A stretch of 63,969 bases of DNA, the filler included, from Chiloscyllium plagiosum (taxonomy: Eukaryota), in the NCBI RefSeq assembly GCF_004010195.1. It is 6 parts of one record of this genome, joined end to end, with 100 filler letters (N's around TTAATTAATTAA, not from the genome) between each part and the next. Parts side by side here need not be neighbours in the genome. Positions count along the whole stretch, not along the records: positions 1 to 27,757 come from NC_057715.1; 5 more parts are not named here. One strand, 5' to 3'. How positions within the stretch are numbered: position 1 is the stretch's first letter; every line of letters begins with the position of its first letter. The translations under genes and the position numbers were made by a program. Positions 1 to 13,224 of this stretch are shown in pieces. The notes beneath the pieces were generated by a model, which was given only the letters and a program-made list of their open reading frames with translations, was not told where the DNA came from and did not search any database.

Positions 1-744
1 TATTTCACTCAACCTTACAGCATGATCCCTTTCCGAGTTTTCTGCCTCATTGATACAGTTGTCTTTCTTGACTTCTCTTGTTCTAACTTTTCCTTCAATT
101 TCCTTTTTAAACATCCAGTTTGTCCCCCCCCCGCTGTGAAGACCCCTTCCCTTGACCCTTGGCTGTCAGATTGGCCATAGATTTTCAGCATTTCTTGTTT
201 ACAATTCACATCCATCTTGGGCCTCCATGATATTCTATTCACTATTTACTAATTACAGTAAATAGAGTATATACTAATTCTAAACTCCACTTGTGCCCTA
301 AATGGCAGTAGTACAGCTGGGAGATTGAACATGGGTTGTTAAGATTATGTTATCCCCACATCCTTTTCCCAACTCTGAGTGCTTGTTTTCCCCTTGCCTA
401 TGATCTCTCCAGATTCTGCCTCTGATTTATTTTGCAGTCGATGTCTCATTTGTTGACCTTCTCTTCCATTCCCCTCGCTTGTTTTAATTTATAAGTTTTG
501 CTGCCTTCTCAGTTGTGTTCCTCCATTGGCTGCTTTCACTGAGGTCCCACACTTGTCTCGTCTTTTTTGTCTTCCGGCTGTTCTGCTGCTTAATGTGCTG
601 CAGAAGTTCCTGACATAGCAAGTCTCACTTCGATACCATCTTTCTGTGGTTCCACGCAGGCAATCAAAATCACTACCATCTCTGGAACATACAAATACTG
701 CATACACGCAACAATTTTATGGAGGTTTACATTTGCATTCTGTA

Positions 745-1345
745 ACTTTATTCTATTTCAAAATTATACTTCATAAAAAATATCTTTATGTACATACATA
801 GTCACTAAAGCAGTTCTGTTCTGTACAGTGACATAGGTAAAAACAAACAAACATTGGAGTGTGAATCCAGCAAACAAAACTAAGGCATTTCTTACTTGTG
901 CAGGATTACATTTACATATGTTTGAGACATAAGGAGGCTCTGATATCTGAACAGACCCCCATCTAACTTCAGTAGGAAGACCTTAGATATTGGTCTGTCT
1001 TCATTGAGCTTTGGTAGCAGCTGCCCCAAACTTTACTGTGTCCCTCAGCACGTGGTCCTGGACCTTGTAACATGCCAGTCTGTAACACACAGTCAGGGTC
1101 AATCCCTTGCTCTGGAAGATCAATAAGTTTTGGGCAAACCAAAGAGCGTCTTTCACTGAGTTGATGGTTCTCCAGGCTCAGTTGAGGTTTGTCTCAGGAT
1201 GCGCCCGGGGGAACAGACAGTAGAGCACAGCGTCCTGCGTCATGGAGCCGCTCAGGATAAAATTCAACAAAAACCATTGCATCTGTCTCCAGACTTCATT
1301 TGCAAAGGCACATTCCAGCAGGAGATGTGTGACAGTCCTGCTGTG
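745..1345 (-). mobile_element. Tx1/L1-clade LINE 3' fragment
   Basis: Minus strand encodes ...CAFANEVW...VLYCLFP...AWRTINSVKDALW...VQDHVLRD..., followed by a 3' UTR. Confidence 0.65.
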
Positions 1346-1879
1346 TTAAAAGCAGAACGGGAGTATTGGAACTCTGGGCAATAGTGTGGAGCAAACAATT
1401 GGTCACTCATAGAACATTCATCCTGACTGAAGTGGAAAATCAAGTCAAACAATACAATTGACCGTTCAGTCAATATTTTACACTAGCACCAACTATTATA
1501 GTCACCGTGCATAAACATGATGAGGAGGAGCCGGTGATGGACTGGGATGTACAACGTTAAAAAAATCACACAACACTCTAGACGAGTGAAATAACTAATT
1601 ACTAAAGAGACTTTTACTTGCCCTTAATTAGCTGAGAGATAGACTTTAAGAGCAGGGAGGTTATGCTGGATCTGAGTGAAGTGTTGGTTAGGCCACAGGT
1701 AGGGTATTGCGTGCAGGTCTGGAATTCACATTATAGGAAGGAGCTGATCGGAGTGGGGAGGGGGCAGAGGAGATTTACCAGGATGTTGCCTGAGCTGGAG
1801 AGTTTTAGTCATGGAGAGAGATTAGATAGACCAGCGCTGTTTTCCTTGGAGCAGAGGAGACTGAGAGGGGACTGAGATA

Positions 1880-2082
1880 CAGTCAGTTCTTCTCTAGCAT
1901 GATGGCTGTGTTCTTGTGCAAAATCATGCTTTTAAAACAGCGCTTAAAGTGTTGGTGACGCAATGATATTACAGCCAACACACGCTTTAAAATTTTGTGC
2001 TTTAAAAACAGATTCCCCAATTCGTCAATCGCATTACAGCGTATTCACATTGATGAAATGCATGTCACAGCTGAACGAGCTG
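1880..2082. mobile_element. Tc1/mariner (Tigger-like) MITE
   Basis: TA|CAGTCAGTTCT... and ...GAACGAGCTG|CA imperfect terminal inverted repeats; splits the CR1 fragment. Confidence 0.55.
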
Positions 2083-2179
2083 CATTTAAAAAGATGAGGA
2101 GCATAGATAAAATTGACAGGGAGAAATTGTTCACCTTGTTGGAGGGCTCAATAACTAGGGGCCGGAGGTTAGAGGAGAG

Positions 2180-2485
2180 GAGATTAGATTATATTCCCTA
2201 CAGTGTGGAAACAGGCCCTTCGGCCCAACAAGTCCACACCGACCCTCCGAAGAGTAACCCACCCAGACTCATTTCCCTCTGACTAATGTACCTAACACTA
2301 TGGGCAATCTAGAATGGCCAATTCACTTGGCCTGCGGGAGAAAGTTGGAGCACCTGGAGAAAACTCACACAGACATGAGGAGAATGTGCAAACTCCACAC
2401 AGACAGTTGCCTGAGGCCAGAATCGAACCTGGGTCCCTAGTGCTGTGAAGCAGCAGTGCTAACCACTGAGCCACCGTGCCACCCC
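2180..2485 (-). mobile_element. HE1-type tRNA-derived SINE
   Basis: Minus-strand A/B-box head (GGCACGGTGGCTCAGTGG...GGTTCGATTC) with a CR1-shared tail. Confidence 0.85.
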
Positions 2486-3011
2486 AGTGAAGTCAAATCA
2501 CATGGAGACCGATGGGAACCTGGAACTCACTATCTGTGAGGATGATAGAGATAGAAACACTCATAACCTGTAAGAAATACATAGATTAGCACTGCATTGC
2601 CCAGGCATATAGGATATGGGCCAAGTACTGGAAAATGGGATTTGAATCATCGTTTTTGATTGGCAGAGACTCAATGGGCTAAAGGGCATTTTTCTCTGCT
2701 ATAGACCTCTTGACCCTCAATGAATGAGAGGTACAAAAGGAAAGCATGCAATGATATTGTGACTTCCACATCCTCAAGGTAACCCCAAATCATCTTGCAG
2801 CATTTTTCAAAGCACGTAGTTGTTCTAATAATATGAACAAACATTATAAATCATCATAGAAATGGATATCCATGTGTATTATTCCAAATCAACCCTACAA
2901 TACTAACGTAGGGGACCTTCAATGGACACTGAGAAGTCTCAGGGTTTGTGTCAGGAAGTCCTTTACTGCAGGAAGTGGAACTGAATTTCAAACAGACATA
3001 ATGACAAATCA

Positions 3012-3199
3012 GGTCAGGCAGCATCTGAGGAGCAGGAAAATGACGTTTCGAGCCAAAGCCCTTCATCAGGATTCCTGATGGTGGGCTCCGGCCCGAAACG
3101 TCGATTTTCCTGCTCCTCAGATGCTGCCTGACCTGCTGTGCTTTTCCAGCAACACACTCTCAACTCTGATCTCCAGCATCTGCAGACCTCACTGTCTCT
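3012..3199. mobile_element. Head-to-head pair of hammerhead-bearing short Penelope-related elements (family A)
   Basis: Minus core 3042-3070, plus core 3074-3102; 15-bp TSD CATA(A/G)TGACAAATCA at 2997-3011 and 3200-3214. Confidence 0.8.
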
Positions 3200-3691
3200 C
3201 ATAGTGACAAATCAAAAGAGCACAAGTTTTGGACTTCTCTCTGTGATAGAAGAACACACTTGAAGTGAACAGAAACAGTAGCCAAAATGGGCATAACAAC
3301 ATCGAAACTGATTCTCAACAGAGGCCTGTGACACTGGGAGAGATGGTGGTGTGGTCGTGATGGCACTGAACTAACAATCCAAAGTAATTCTGTGGTGTGT
3401 GGGTTTGAATCCCACCATGGTACTTGATGGAATTTGCTATACTTTCCAAGTTGGTACTGAATGTAACTCTAGACCCACAGGAAATGTGATTGAATCTTAA
3501 CTGCCCTCAGAAATGGCCAAGCTATGATAATTAAGAATGTGAAACAAATGCTGGTTTCACCAATGATGTTTACATCTCTGAAAAAATAAAGGAGAAAAGA
3601 AAAGACAAGAGGATTCACTCAATTGGCTCAATTTAACTGCCAGTTCCTTCAGAGACACTGAGTCAAATTTCTGGAACTCCCTCCCACCCTT

Positions 3692-3814
3692 CATCCTGAT
3701 GAAGGGCTTATGCATGAAACATCAACTCTCCTGCTCCTCGGATGCTGTCTGTGCTTTTCCAGCACCACACTTTTCGACTCTGACGCTCCAGCATCTGCAA
3801 TCCTCACATTCTCC
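3692..3814 (+). mobile_element. Family A short element, decayed hammerhead
   Basis: ATC-CTGATGA-AGGGCTTATGCAT-GAAACATC followed by the family A body. Confidence 0.75.
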
Positions 3815-4437
3815 TAGTACATAGAGGAAGGTCTGCGTTATAGGCAGAGAGCCAGGCTCCTTTGTGGAGACTGGGAATGATGGTGGGAATGGGAAGAGTT
3901 GATTGAATTCAGATGCAGTGAAGGAAACCAGTTTGGGAACTGACAGAGAACACAGAATAGCACAGGAACAGGCCCTTCGGTCCACCATATCTGTGCCAAC
4001 CATGATGCCATTCTAAACTAATCTGCCTGTACATGTCCTATACCCTGATTTTCCTGCTCCTTGGATGCTGCCTGACCTGCTATGCTTTTCCAGCACCACT
4101 CTAATCTAGACCATGTCCTATATCCCTCTATTTCTTGCCTGTGTCTGTCTAAATGCCTCTTAAACTTTGCTTTCCTTTTGGTTTCTACCAGCTTTCCTGG
4201 CCATGCATTCCAGGCAGCTACCACCTACCTTTGTGAAAAGCCGCCCCCTACATCTCCTTTAACATTTCCCGTCTCACAACAAGCCAATGTCCCCTCGTAT
4301 TTGACGTTACCACCTTGGGAGAAAAAGACGCTAACTATCCTTCGTATCCATGCCTCTTAGAATTTTATACTCTTTGGTCAGACTTTCAAGCATCAGTTAA
4401 AAACAATCCAGGTTTCTCCTTATGGCTAATGCACTTC

Positions 4438-4561
4438 CTGAAGAAGGGCTTATGCCCGAAACGTCGATTCTCCTGCTCCTTGGATGCTGCCTGACCTGCT
4501 GCGCTTTTCCAGCAACACATTTTCAGCTCTGATCTCCAGCATCTGCAGACCTCACTTTCTC
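4438..4561 (+). mobile_element. Family A short element with intact minimal hammerhead core
   Basis: CTGAAGA-A-GGGC-TTAT-GCCC-GAAA-CGTC-GAT; 12-bp TSD CTAATGCACTTC at 4426-4437 and 4562-4573. Confidence 0.85.
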
Positions 4562-6189
4562 CTAATGCACTTCAAACCAGACAACACTCTAATAAACCAC
4601 TTCTGCACCCTCTTCAAAGCCATCACATTATTCCTATCGTGTGATGACCAGAACAGGCCTTGACAAAATGTAAAACCTATCCATCAAAGGTTAGATTTCT
4701 ACGCAACATCATTGAACGTGAAATAGATCATATTCTGCATTCAACTTTCACCAATACTAAAGCAGGACAGAGGAAGTATTGCAAGAAAATGTGACAGTAA
4801 AACAATGGTAAGAGTGGACTCCAACATTGTAAAGAAGCAATTTGACTTCTTCGGTCACCATAAACCAACAATTTGTTATTTGTGGTTGGCTGCCATTATA
4901 TTTTACACAATCAGACCAATGATTTTCCACTGACATGGTGAAGTGCAAAATTCTGTGAGGTATGATTGCACAGGAAAATTATACCTACTCAGATAAGGAA
5001 AAACTCAAAAGGAAAGGTGATTTATCTGATTAAATTGAAACATAAGATGTAGATGTTGAAGAATTTACATTGAATTAGAGGAAGACTTTTCCTACTGTAT
5101 CAGAACCATAAACGTAAATGTAGTGCTCCAGCCTGCCATCTGGTGATGAGAGTCTAAAACATCAAATAGACATGAGGCAGCTCTGAAAATACTCCATCCC
5201 ATGCTGTCCAGTTAATGGTAAAGATCACTTTGAGTACATTAAGTTTTTATATGCCTAAGTTTAGAGGAATGATTTGTGATTTAGTTTGAAATACAAAACA
5301 AAGATGTGTTTGATGGATTTGGAGAGTGGATGCTGAGAGAATAAACATAGAATCATAGAACCGTTGAATTATACAGTAGCAGAAAGGCCCTTTCTGCATT
5401 TCACTAATGCCTCCAGTGATTTGTTCCCTTTGTTCCTGGCAAAAGCCTATCTTTTCCTTCCCATCGTATCCTGAATGTCTCTGGCCATCCATGGTTTTCT
5501 GGACTTAACAGTCCTTCCTAACACCATAGAGGAACATGTTAGGCTTGTATACCCTCTAATTCCTTTCTGAACATCACCAAACCCCCTCCCCCCACATCCC
5601 CCACCCTGCTGTTCTGTAGATTTCCCCACTTGTAGCTGTTTCCAGTACTTTGGCCAGAACCTGTTGTGATCACTATCACTGAAGTGCTCCCCCACCACCA
5701 CCTTAACCGTCTGTTTGGCTTCATTCCCTAGAATTAGGTCCAGAGAACAGCTGCAGCTCTTGTTGGACCTCTACATATTGGCCAAAACAATCAATTTGAG
5801 AATGCATAAGCACTCAAAGGGCCTGGCAGTGTTTGTGATTGGAGAAGAGATATTAACAAAACAGATCCATGGCTATTTATTAAAGCTTCTCTCCCTGATT
5901 GGTCATGTCTGACCCTCTATCCACAGATGGTGTCAGATCTGCTGACTCCTGTCCATCACATTTCTGGTGATGCTCAACATTGCTTTTGTGTTATATCCTG
6001 TTTCCCAGGCTGCAAAGTCAGTTACAGGAATCATGCACTCAGAATGAGGAGGCAGCCGTTTAGAACTCGAATGAGGAGTAATTTCATTACTCAGTAAGTT
6101 GTGGATCTTTGAAAGTATCCACCCCAGAAGGCTGTGAATGTTCAGGCACTGAAGACCATGCTTACTGTGCATTGAGAGCTCTAATTACG

Positions 6190-7290
6190 AAAATGATTCC
6201 AGGGATGAGAAACTTCAGTTGGGAAGATAGAAGTTGGGACTGTTCTCCTCGGAGAGAAGGGTGAGAGGAGATATGAAAGAGGTTTTAAAAATCATGAGCA
6301 GGATGGACAGAGTAGGTAGGGAGAAGCTGTCCCTGCTTGTCACAGGTACAGGAATGAGACAGGTGATGAAAAAGGCATTTGGCATGCTTGCCTCCATTTT
6401 TCATTGGAGTTGGGATGTCATGTTGTTGCAGCTGTACAGGACATTGGTGAAGCGACTTTTAGAATATTGTGCACATTTCTGGTTGCCCTTCTATAGGAAA
6501 GATTAGATTATTTACAGTGTGGAAACAGGCCCAACAGGTCCACACTGACCCTCCGAAGCGCAACCCACCCATACCCATTCTCCTACATTTACCCCTTCAC
6601 CTAACACTACGGGCAATTTAGCATGGCCAATTCACCTAACCTGCACACCTTTGGACTGTGGGAGGAAACCGGAGCACCCAGAGGAAACCCACGTAGACAT
6701 GGGGAGAATGTGCAAACTCCACACAGATAGTTGCCTGAGACAGGGAATTGAACCTGGGTCCCTGGCGCTGTGAGGCAGCAGTGCTAACCACTGAGCCACC
6801 GTGGTTAGGTGGTTAGATGTTGTTAATCTTGAAATGGTTGAGAAAAGAAGTACAAGGATGTTGCCACGGTTGGAGGGTTTGAGCCATAGGGAGAGGTTGA
6901 GGGTTTTCCCTGGTGCGTCAGAGGCTGAGGGGTGACCTTATAGAGGTTTATAAAATCATGAGGGGCATGGACAGGGTGAATAGCCAAGGTCTTTTTCTCA
7001 GGGTAGGTGAGTTCAAAACGAGAGGGCATAGGTTTAAGGTGAACAGGAAAGATATCAAAAAGACCTAAGGGGAAACTTTTTCACACAGAGGGTATATGGA
7101 ATGAGCTGCCAGAGGAAGTTGTGGATTACAACAATTAAAATACATGCGGATGGGTACATGAATAGGAAAAGGATGAAAGGATATGGGCCAAATGCTGGCA
7201 GATGGGCCTAGCTCAGCTTAGGACATCTGGTCAGCATGGAGGAGTTAGACCGAGGGTCTGTTTCTGCACTGTAAAACTCCATGACTCCTT
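6190..7290 (+). mobile_element. CR1 3' fragments with nested HE1 SINE (6501-6802, minus)
   Basis: LYRTLVKRLLEYCAHFW, LRGDLIEVYKIMRG motifs and a CR1 3' UTR. Confidence 0.85.
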
Positions 7291-7674
7291 CTCGATCATT
7301 GTCTCAGGCTGTATGACACTTTTTTTGCAGAATGTATTCCTCTCCTTTAAAACATACATTTACATTTAAGCATTAAGTCCTGACACTTCCCAACATCTTT
7401 TTCTTCAGTTTGAATTCCTTTTTTTTGTTTATATCTGAAGTACCTTAACATGTTTGTCTATGTTCTGAATTAATGTCTTTGCTGGAATAGCAAATATCTC
7501 GAGGCAATACATTTGCCACATTTTGCTGTAAACAATAAGGTGAAAACCAACTCATTGTTTTCATACACATCAAACGGTTATATTTGGAAATTCAGGCCAA
7601 CATACAACCCTTTGCTATAATTCAGTATAAAGGTCATCTCATCATTTTCCTGACTCAAATATATTTTTAAAAAT

Positions 7675-8170
7675 TAACTCATGGGACATGGGCATCACTG
7701 GCTGGGCCAGTATTTATTGCCCCTCTCTTGTTGCCCTTGAGAAGGTGTTGGTGAGCTGCCTTCTTGAAGTGGCCTCACTGAAGTTCTATAGATGTCTTGT
7801 GAGTATGGTACCAATCAAGTGAGTTGCTTTGTTATGGATGGTGTCAAGATTCTTGAGTGTTATTGGAACTACATTTATCCAGGCAAATGGAAAATATTCC
7901 ATTAGACTCCTGAGTTGTACCTTGTAGATAGTGGTCAGACTCTGAGGAGTCAGGAGGTGAGTTATTTGCATTATTCCTGGTCTTTGACCTGCTCTTGTAG
8001 CCGCTATATTTAAATGGCACATCCCGTTGAGTTTCTGGTCAATGGTAATCTTCAGGAAGACATTGGTGGAGGATTCAGTGATGATAACAGCATTGAGTGT
8101 CAAGCGGTGGAAGTTATATTGTCTCTTCTTGGAAATGGTCATTGCCTAGCATTTTTGAGGTGTGAGTGGC
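7675..8170 (-). mobile_element. L2/CR1-group (Crack-like) LINE 3' fragment
   Basis: TIDQKLN...LLTPQSLTTIYKVQLRSLMEY...LDTIHNKA; 3' tail AATAAATACTGGCCCAGCCAGTGATGCCC. Same family at 34320-34620 (-) and 51240-52250 (+). Confidence 0.7.
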
Positions 8171-9267
8171 ATGCATTTATAGTCAGGTCATGAATATGTT
8201 CAATAGAAACAAATTTAGCATAAGACTTACCATTCCGATCTACAGCACGGAAACAGGGCCTTCAGTCTAACTTGTCCATGTTGATCAGATATTCTACATC
8301 AATTTAGACCCATTTGCCACCTTTTGGCCCATATCCCTCTAAGCCCTTCCTATTCATATATCCATCCTAGATGCCTTTTAAATGTTGTAATTGTACCAGT
8401 CTCCACTACTTCTTCTGGCAGCTCATACTGTCAGTTTCAGTGTAATTACTCTTGTTTTATCTTAATTACTGATCAGAAAAAAAAACCTCTATCAGAGTCA
8501 TGTTGTATAGGTCTGGACTCTCAGTCCTTCAGATTCTTTTACTTTGAATCGTTTGCTCTTAATCCAACCTTCCCTTTCCTCTAATTGAAAAGCACAACTA
8601 CTCGGAATTATGGAAATCAAAGCATAGGAGGTTGATAATATTTCGTCAGAAGTGTGGAAAGTGACGGACAGAATAGAGTTGGAGTCTGGTTGGGGCAGGA
8701 ACACAAGAAAGTTTGAGAAGATTTGAGAAAGTTTGAGGAGAGGTGAAATGGCTTCAGAGTCTCACAGAATCAAAGGGAATGGAGTTGGAGCAGGAGAGTC
8801 ACAAAGGAACAAATAATGTGACTAGATGTGAGCCACCTAACAGCAAAAGTAAGAGAAAAATACTGAAACATGCAAAGAAATGAAAATTAAGACAGACACA
8901 CCGTGTCAAAGTCAACACTTTTCCATGGACTAATGACCCCATATCACAAATTTTCATATCATAAGTAAATTTAAAGAAATTCACATTTTAATTAGGAATT
9001 AACACTAACAATCAAATGATTACTTTCACTTGAATTTCTGCAGGAAACTGATAGTATTAGTCTCCAGCTCAGTGGACATGGTTCAACCCCCATCACAGCA
9101 TCTCATGTAGCTTGAATTCAACTATTGAAATATGGAATTGAAGAAGACCTGTTGTGGTGTATTGGTCGAGTCCTTATGCCTGGATCAGGAGACCTGGATT
9201 CAAGTCCCACATGCTCCAGCAGTGTGTTTGTAAGATCTCTGAACTAGCACTCAACTATTCGCCCAAG

Positions 9268-9389
9268 TGAAGGGCTTTTTGCCTGAAACATCAATTCTCC
9301 TGCTCCTCGGATGCTGCCTGACCTGCTGTGCTTTTCCAGCACCACACTCTTGACTCTGATCTCCAGTATCTGCAGACCTCACTTTTGCC
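9268..9389 (+). mobile_element. Family A short element, 5'-truncated
   Basis: TGAAGGGCTTTTTGCCTGAAACATC followed by the family A body. Confidence 0.75.
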
Positions 9390-10519
9390 TACTCTCCCAG
9401 GTGTGGCTCACTGATATTACATCTGTCTCTCAGTCAGACTTGTGTGTGGGACTGTAAAACGTGACTTCAGGGAAACAAATCTAAATTCAAAACACTCCAG
9501 CACAATGCCGAGGGAATGTTTCATTGTCAGTGAAGCTGTCTTCTGATTTCTCTACACAGGTGCTGCCAGATCTGCTGAGCCTTTCCAGCAACTTCTATTT
9601 TTGTTTCATGTTATCACTTGCCTTTGCAGATGCTGGCACAAATTTCCAAATTTGCATTTTTGCTCAGGAATGTATTCCAAAATAGTACTTTTCATCACCA
9701 TTTTCAGAACTGATTACAACTGCAGGGCTTACAGCCATTTCTATCAATGGCTTCTTATTCTGGACTCACCCAGGTACGTAATAGAAAAATAAATGAATTA
9801 ACTGGAAACATTTTGATTGCACACTTTTTGGTGAACTGTGGCTATTTTCCTATTGGGGTAACTTTTTTCTGAAAGCGTAGTGTCTGAAATTCAGAAATCT
9901 GTGTTGTGGTGTTCTTCATATGTTTAATTATTGTAGTTTGTGGTCTAGATGTAAAATGTCTCTGTTACCATTTGAGATTTATAATTGAGAAATTCTCAGA
10001 TAGTAACAGTCTAATTCTACAATGTCACGTAGCATTTGATATTAAAGAAGTGGCAGTTTTTAATCATAAAATGTCAAGCTTCCAACCCCAGTCTCAAGTG
10101 AGAGAGTATTGACGTCAGTCAGTTTGGAACTTGTCTGTCTCTTCTTTATCTCAAAGAACTTGAAGGTGAAGCTGCAAGATCATTAGAACATAGAACATAG
10201 AAAAGTACAGCACAGAACAGGCCCTTTGGCCCATGATGTTGTCCCGAGGATTAATCTTAATTAGAAGTGAGAGGCACCATCTTTATTCATCCAGACAAAG
10301 TAGCCGACATTCCCCTCTATTGCAGTGTGCAGTTGCTATTCAAATGATTCCAGGGTGTTTGCAATATCTAGGAATTGTGCAATGTGTTAATTAGCATTTC
10401 TCTGATGAAAAACCTCCAATTATAAGTGCTTAATTTATCTTTTAATAGATAAGCTCTTTTCCTTTGATTTGTTCTGTGGATTAATTTGAAGTAGCATCTC
10501 TGACTCAAATACATTAAGG

Positions 10520-12105
10520 ACAACAGGATAACTAGGGAGAGAATAGGACTCCTCAAAGATCAGCAAGGCAGCCTTTGTGTGGAGCTGCAGAAAATGATGG
10601 AGATACTAGACAAGTATTTTACGTCAGTATTTACTGTGGAAAAGGATATGGAAGATGTAGACTGTAGGGAAATAGATGGTGACATCTTGCAGAATGTCCA
10701 TATTATAGAGGAAGAAGTGCTAAATGTCTTGAAATGCATAAAAGTGGATAAATCCCCAGGACCTGATCAGGTGTACCCTAGAACTCTGTGGGAATATAGA
10801 GAAGTGATTGCTGGGCCTCTTGCTGAGATATTTGTATCATCGATAGTCACAGGAGAGGTGCTGTAAGACTGGAGGTTGGCAAACGTGGTGCCACTATTTA
10901 AGAAGGGTGGTAAGGACAAGCCAGGGAACTATAGACCAGTGAACCTGACCTCAGTGGTGGGCGAGTTGTTGGAGGGAATCCTGAGGGACAGGATGTACAT
11001 GTATTTGGAAACGCAAGGACTGCTTCGGGATAGTCAACATGGCTTTGTGCGTGGGAAATAATGTCTCACAAAATTGATTAAGTTTTTTGAAGAAGTAAAA
11101 AGAGAATTGATGAGGGCAGAGTGGTAGATGTGATCTATATGGATTTCAGTAAGGCTTCCCATGGGAGAGTGGTTAGCAAGGTTAGATCTCATGGAATACA
11201 GGGAGAACTAGCCATTTGGATACAGAACTGGCTTAAAGGTAAAAGGCTTTAAGGTGGTGGTGGAGGGTTGTTTTTCAGACTGGAGGCCTCTGACCAGTGG
11301 AGTACCACAAGGATCGGTGCTAGGTCATCTACTTTTTGTCATTTACATAAATGATTTGGATGTGAGCATAAAATGTATGGTTAGTAAGTTTGCAGATGAC
11401 ACCAAAATTGGAGGTGTAGTGGACAGCGAAGAGGGTTATCTTAAATTACAACAGGATCTTGATCAGATGGGCCAATGAGCTGAAAAGTGGCAGTTGGAAT
11501 TTAATTCAGATAAATGCGAGGTGCTGCATTTTGGGAAAGCAAATCTTAGCAGGACTTACACCCTTAATGGTAAGGTCCTAGGGTGTGTTGCTGAACAGAG
11601 ACCTTGGAGTGCAGGTTCATAGCTCCTTGAAAGTGGAGTCGCAGGTAGGTAGAATAGTGAAGAAGGCATTTGTTATGCTTTCCTTTATTGGTCAGAGTAT
11701 TGAGTACAGGAGTTGGAAGGTCATGTTGCGGCTGTACAGGACATTGGTTAGGCCACTGTTGGAATATTGCGTGCAATAATGGCCCTCTTCCTATCGGAAA
11801 GATGTTGTGAAACTTGAAAGAATTCAGAAAAGATTTAGAAGAATGTTGCCAGGGTTGGAGGTTTTGAGCTATAGGGAGAGGCTGAACAGGCCGGGGCTGT
11901 TTTCCCTGGAGCGTCGGAGGCTGAGGGGTGAGCTCATAGAGGTTTACAAAATTATGAGGGGCATGGATAGGGATAGGAAGGGTTTGGAGGGACATGGGCT
12001 GGGTGCTGGCAGGTGGGACTAGATAGGGTTGGGATATCTGGTCGGCATGGGGGGGTTGGACTGAAGGGTCTGTTTCCACACTGTACATCTCTATGGCTTT
12101 ATGAC
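10520..12105 (+). mobile_element. CR1 (HER1-like) LINE, RT domain to 3' UTR, decayed
   Basis: [41 protein letters not shown]; stops and frameshifts. Confidence 0.95.
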
Positions 12106-12474
12106 TAATCTCTTCCGGACCATAATTTCACAGTGTTTCCAAGGACTTGGGGACATGCAACTGGCTTCCTTGGAGAGAAGTAGGCTGAGAGGAAATTGGA
12201 TAGAGGTGCCCAAAATCATGAAGAGTCAGGGCGGAGTAAATCCAGTTTCTTAAAACTCTCCTAAGAAGGCAATCCCACCATTTTTGCAGTTTGTGGTCCA
12301 GATATGAAATGTCTCTGTCAGCAATCAACTTTAATAATCAAGGAAACACTTTGCTGAACTTCGGTTGGAATGGCAAGAATATTATCCTTAGATAAGAAAG
12401 CTAAAACCATGCAATACTCTGGGTGAGGATGGGGCAGTTGATGAGTACATCCAACGTGGACTCAGGTCAGTCAG

Positions 12475-13188
12475 CATTTCTGCAGGATGGCAGTGGAGTA
12501 GGCTGGTCCACTCCATTCACTCTTCTTCCCTTTTTCCTTCTTTCTCGCTTGTTTTTTTGATTTTAGTTTATTTTTGACTAACTTAGCTTTTGGCAGCGGG
12601 TGGCTGCAGTATCGGGCTTGTTGAGTTTGGCAGTTGGCTAGATGGCCAATACGAGACAGAGGCTGAAGAGTTCTGGAGTTCTGGATGCCTGGCGTGCGGA
12701 CCAAAGGTAAAACTGAGGATCAATGCAGACAGCGCCTGGATGGAGGCTTTGGTGATCTGAGATCCCAACATGGTGATGAAGGTTCCCCCAACACCTACAG
12801 TGAGCAGGGGTAGTTGAGCCAGCACAGGGAATGCATGCCAAAGCGAAGGAGATTGAGCCCTTGTAGGAAGTGTGGTCCCAGCACCATTAAGCACTTAAGA
12901 AAGACCGCAATGGTTGAACTTGTAGCTTTTCTTTTTATTTTTTAACTTAATACTAGGAAGGGACATATTGTTTAACTTTATTTCTGTTTTATGCAATACT
13001 AAGAGTGACTGCAGTATTTAACTTTTAACTTTGTTGCTTATTTATTTCCACCTTGTTTTTAGGTTTTGCTACCTAGGTACTTGTATCTAAGATGGTGCCG
13101 GTGTGTGGTGACATTGAAGACTTTTCTCTGTACTCCTTTACTTTTGTACTTGAGTACATGTGACAGTGAAGTCTAAATCTAAATCTGA
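12475..13188 (+). mobile_element. Non-autonomous retroelement with Rex1-like 3' tail
   Basis: No coding capacity; 3' end CTAAGATGGTGCC...CTTTTCTCTGTAC...GAGTACATGTGACA + (TCTAAA)n. Homologues at ~40290-40676 (+) and ~55795-56150 (-). Confidence 0.55.
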
Positions 13189-13224
13189 ATCACCAGGATA
13201 GTATAAAATAGCCGTAGGATAGAA

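Larger units (their letters stand above)
1640..2720 (+). mobile_element. CR1 LINE 3' fragment, interrupted by a MITE and a SINE
   Basis: LVRPQVGYCVQVW...QRRFTRMLP...LFSLEQRRLRGD, typical of the CR1 RT C-terminus. Confidence 0.85.

Noticed and set aside
15..707. Minus-strand ORFs 15-242 and 489-707 with an acceptor-like site near 682
   Set aside because: No recognisable protein family and no partner exons could be linked in frame.
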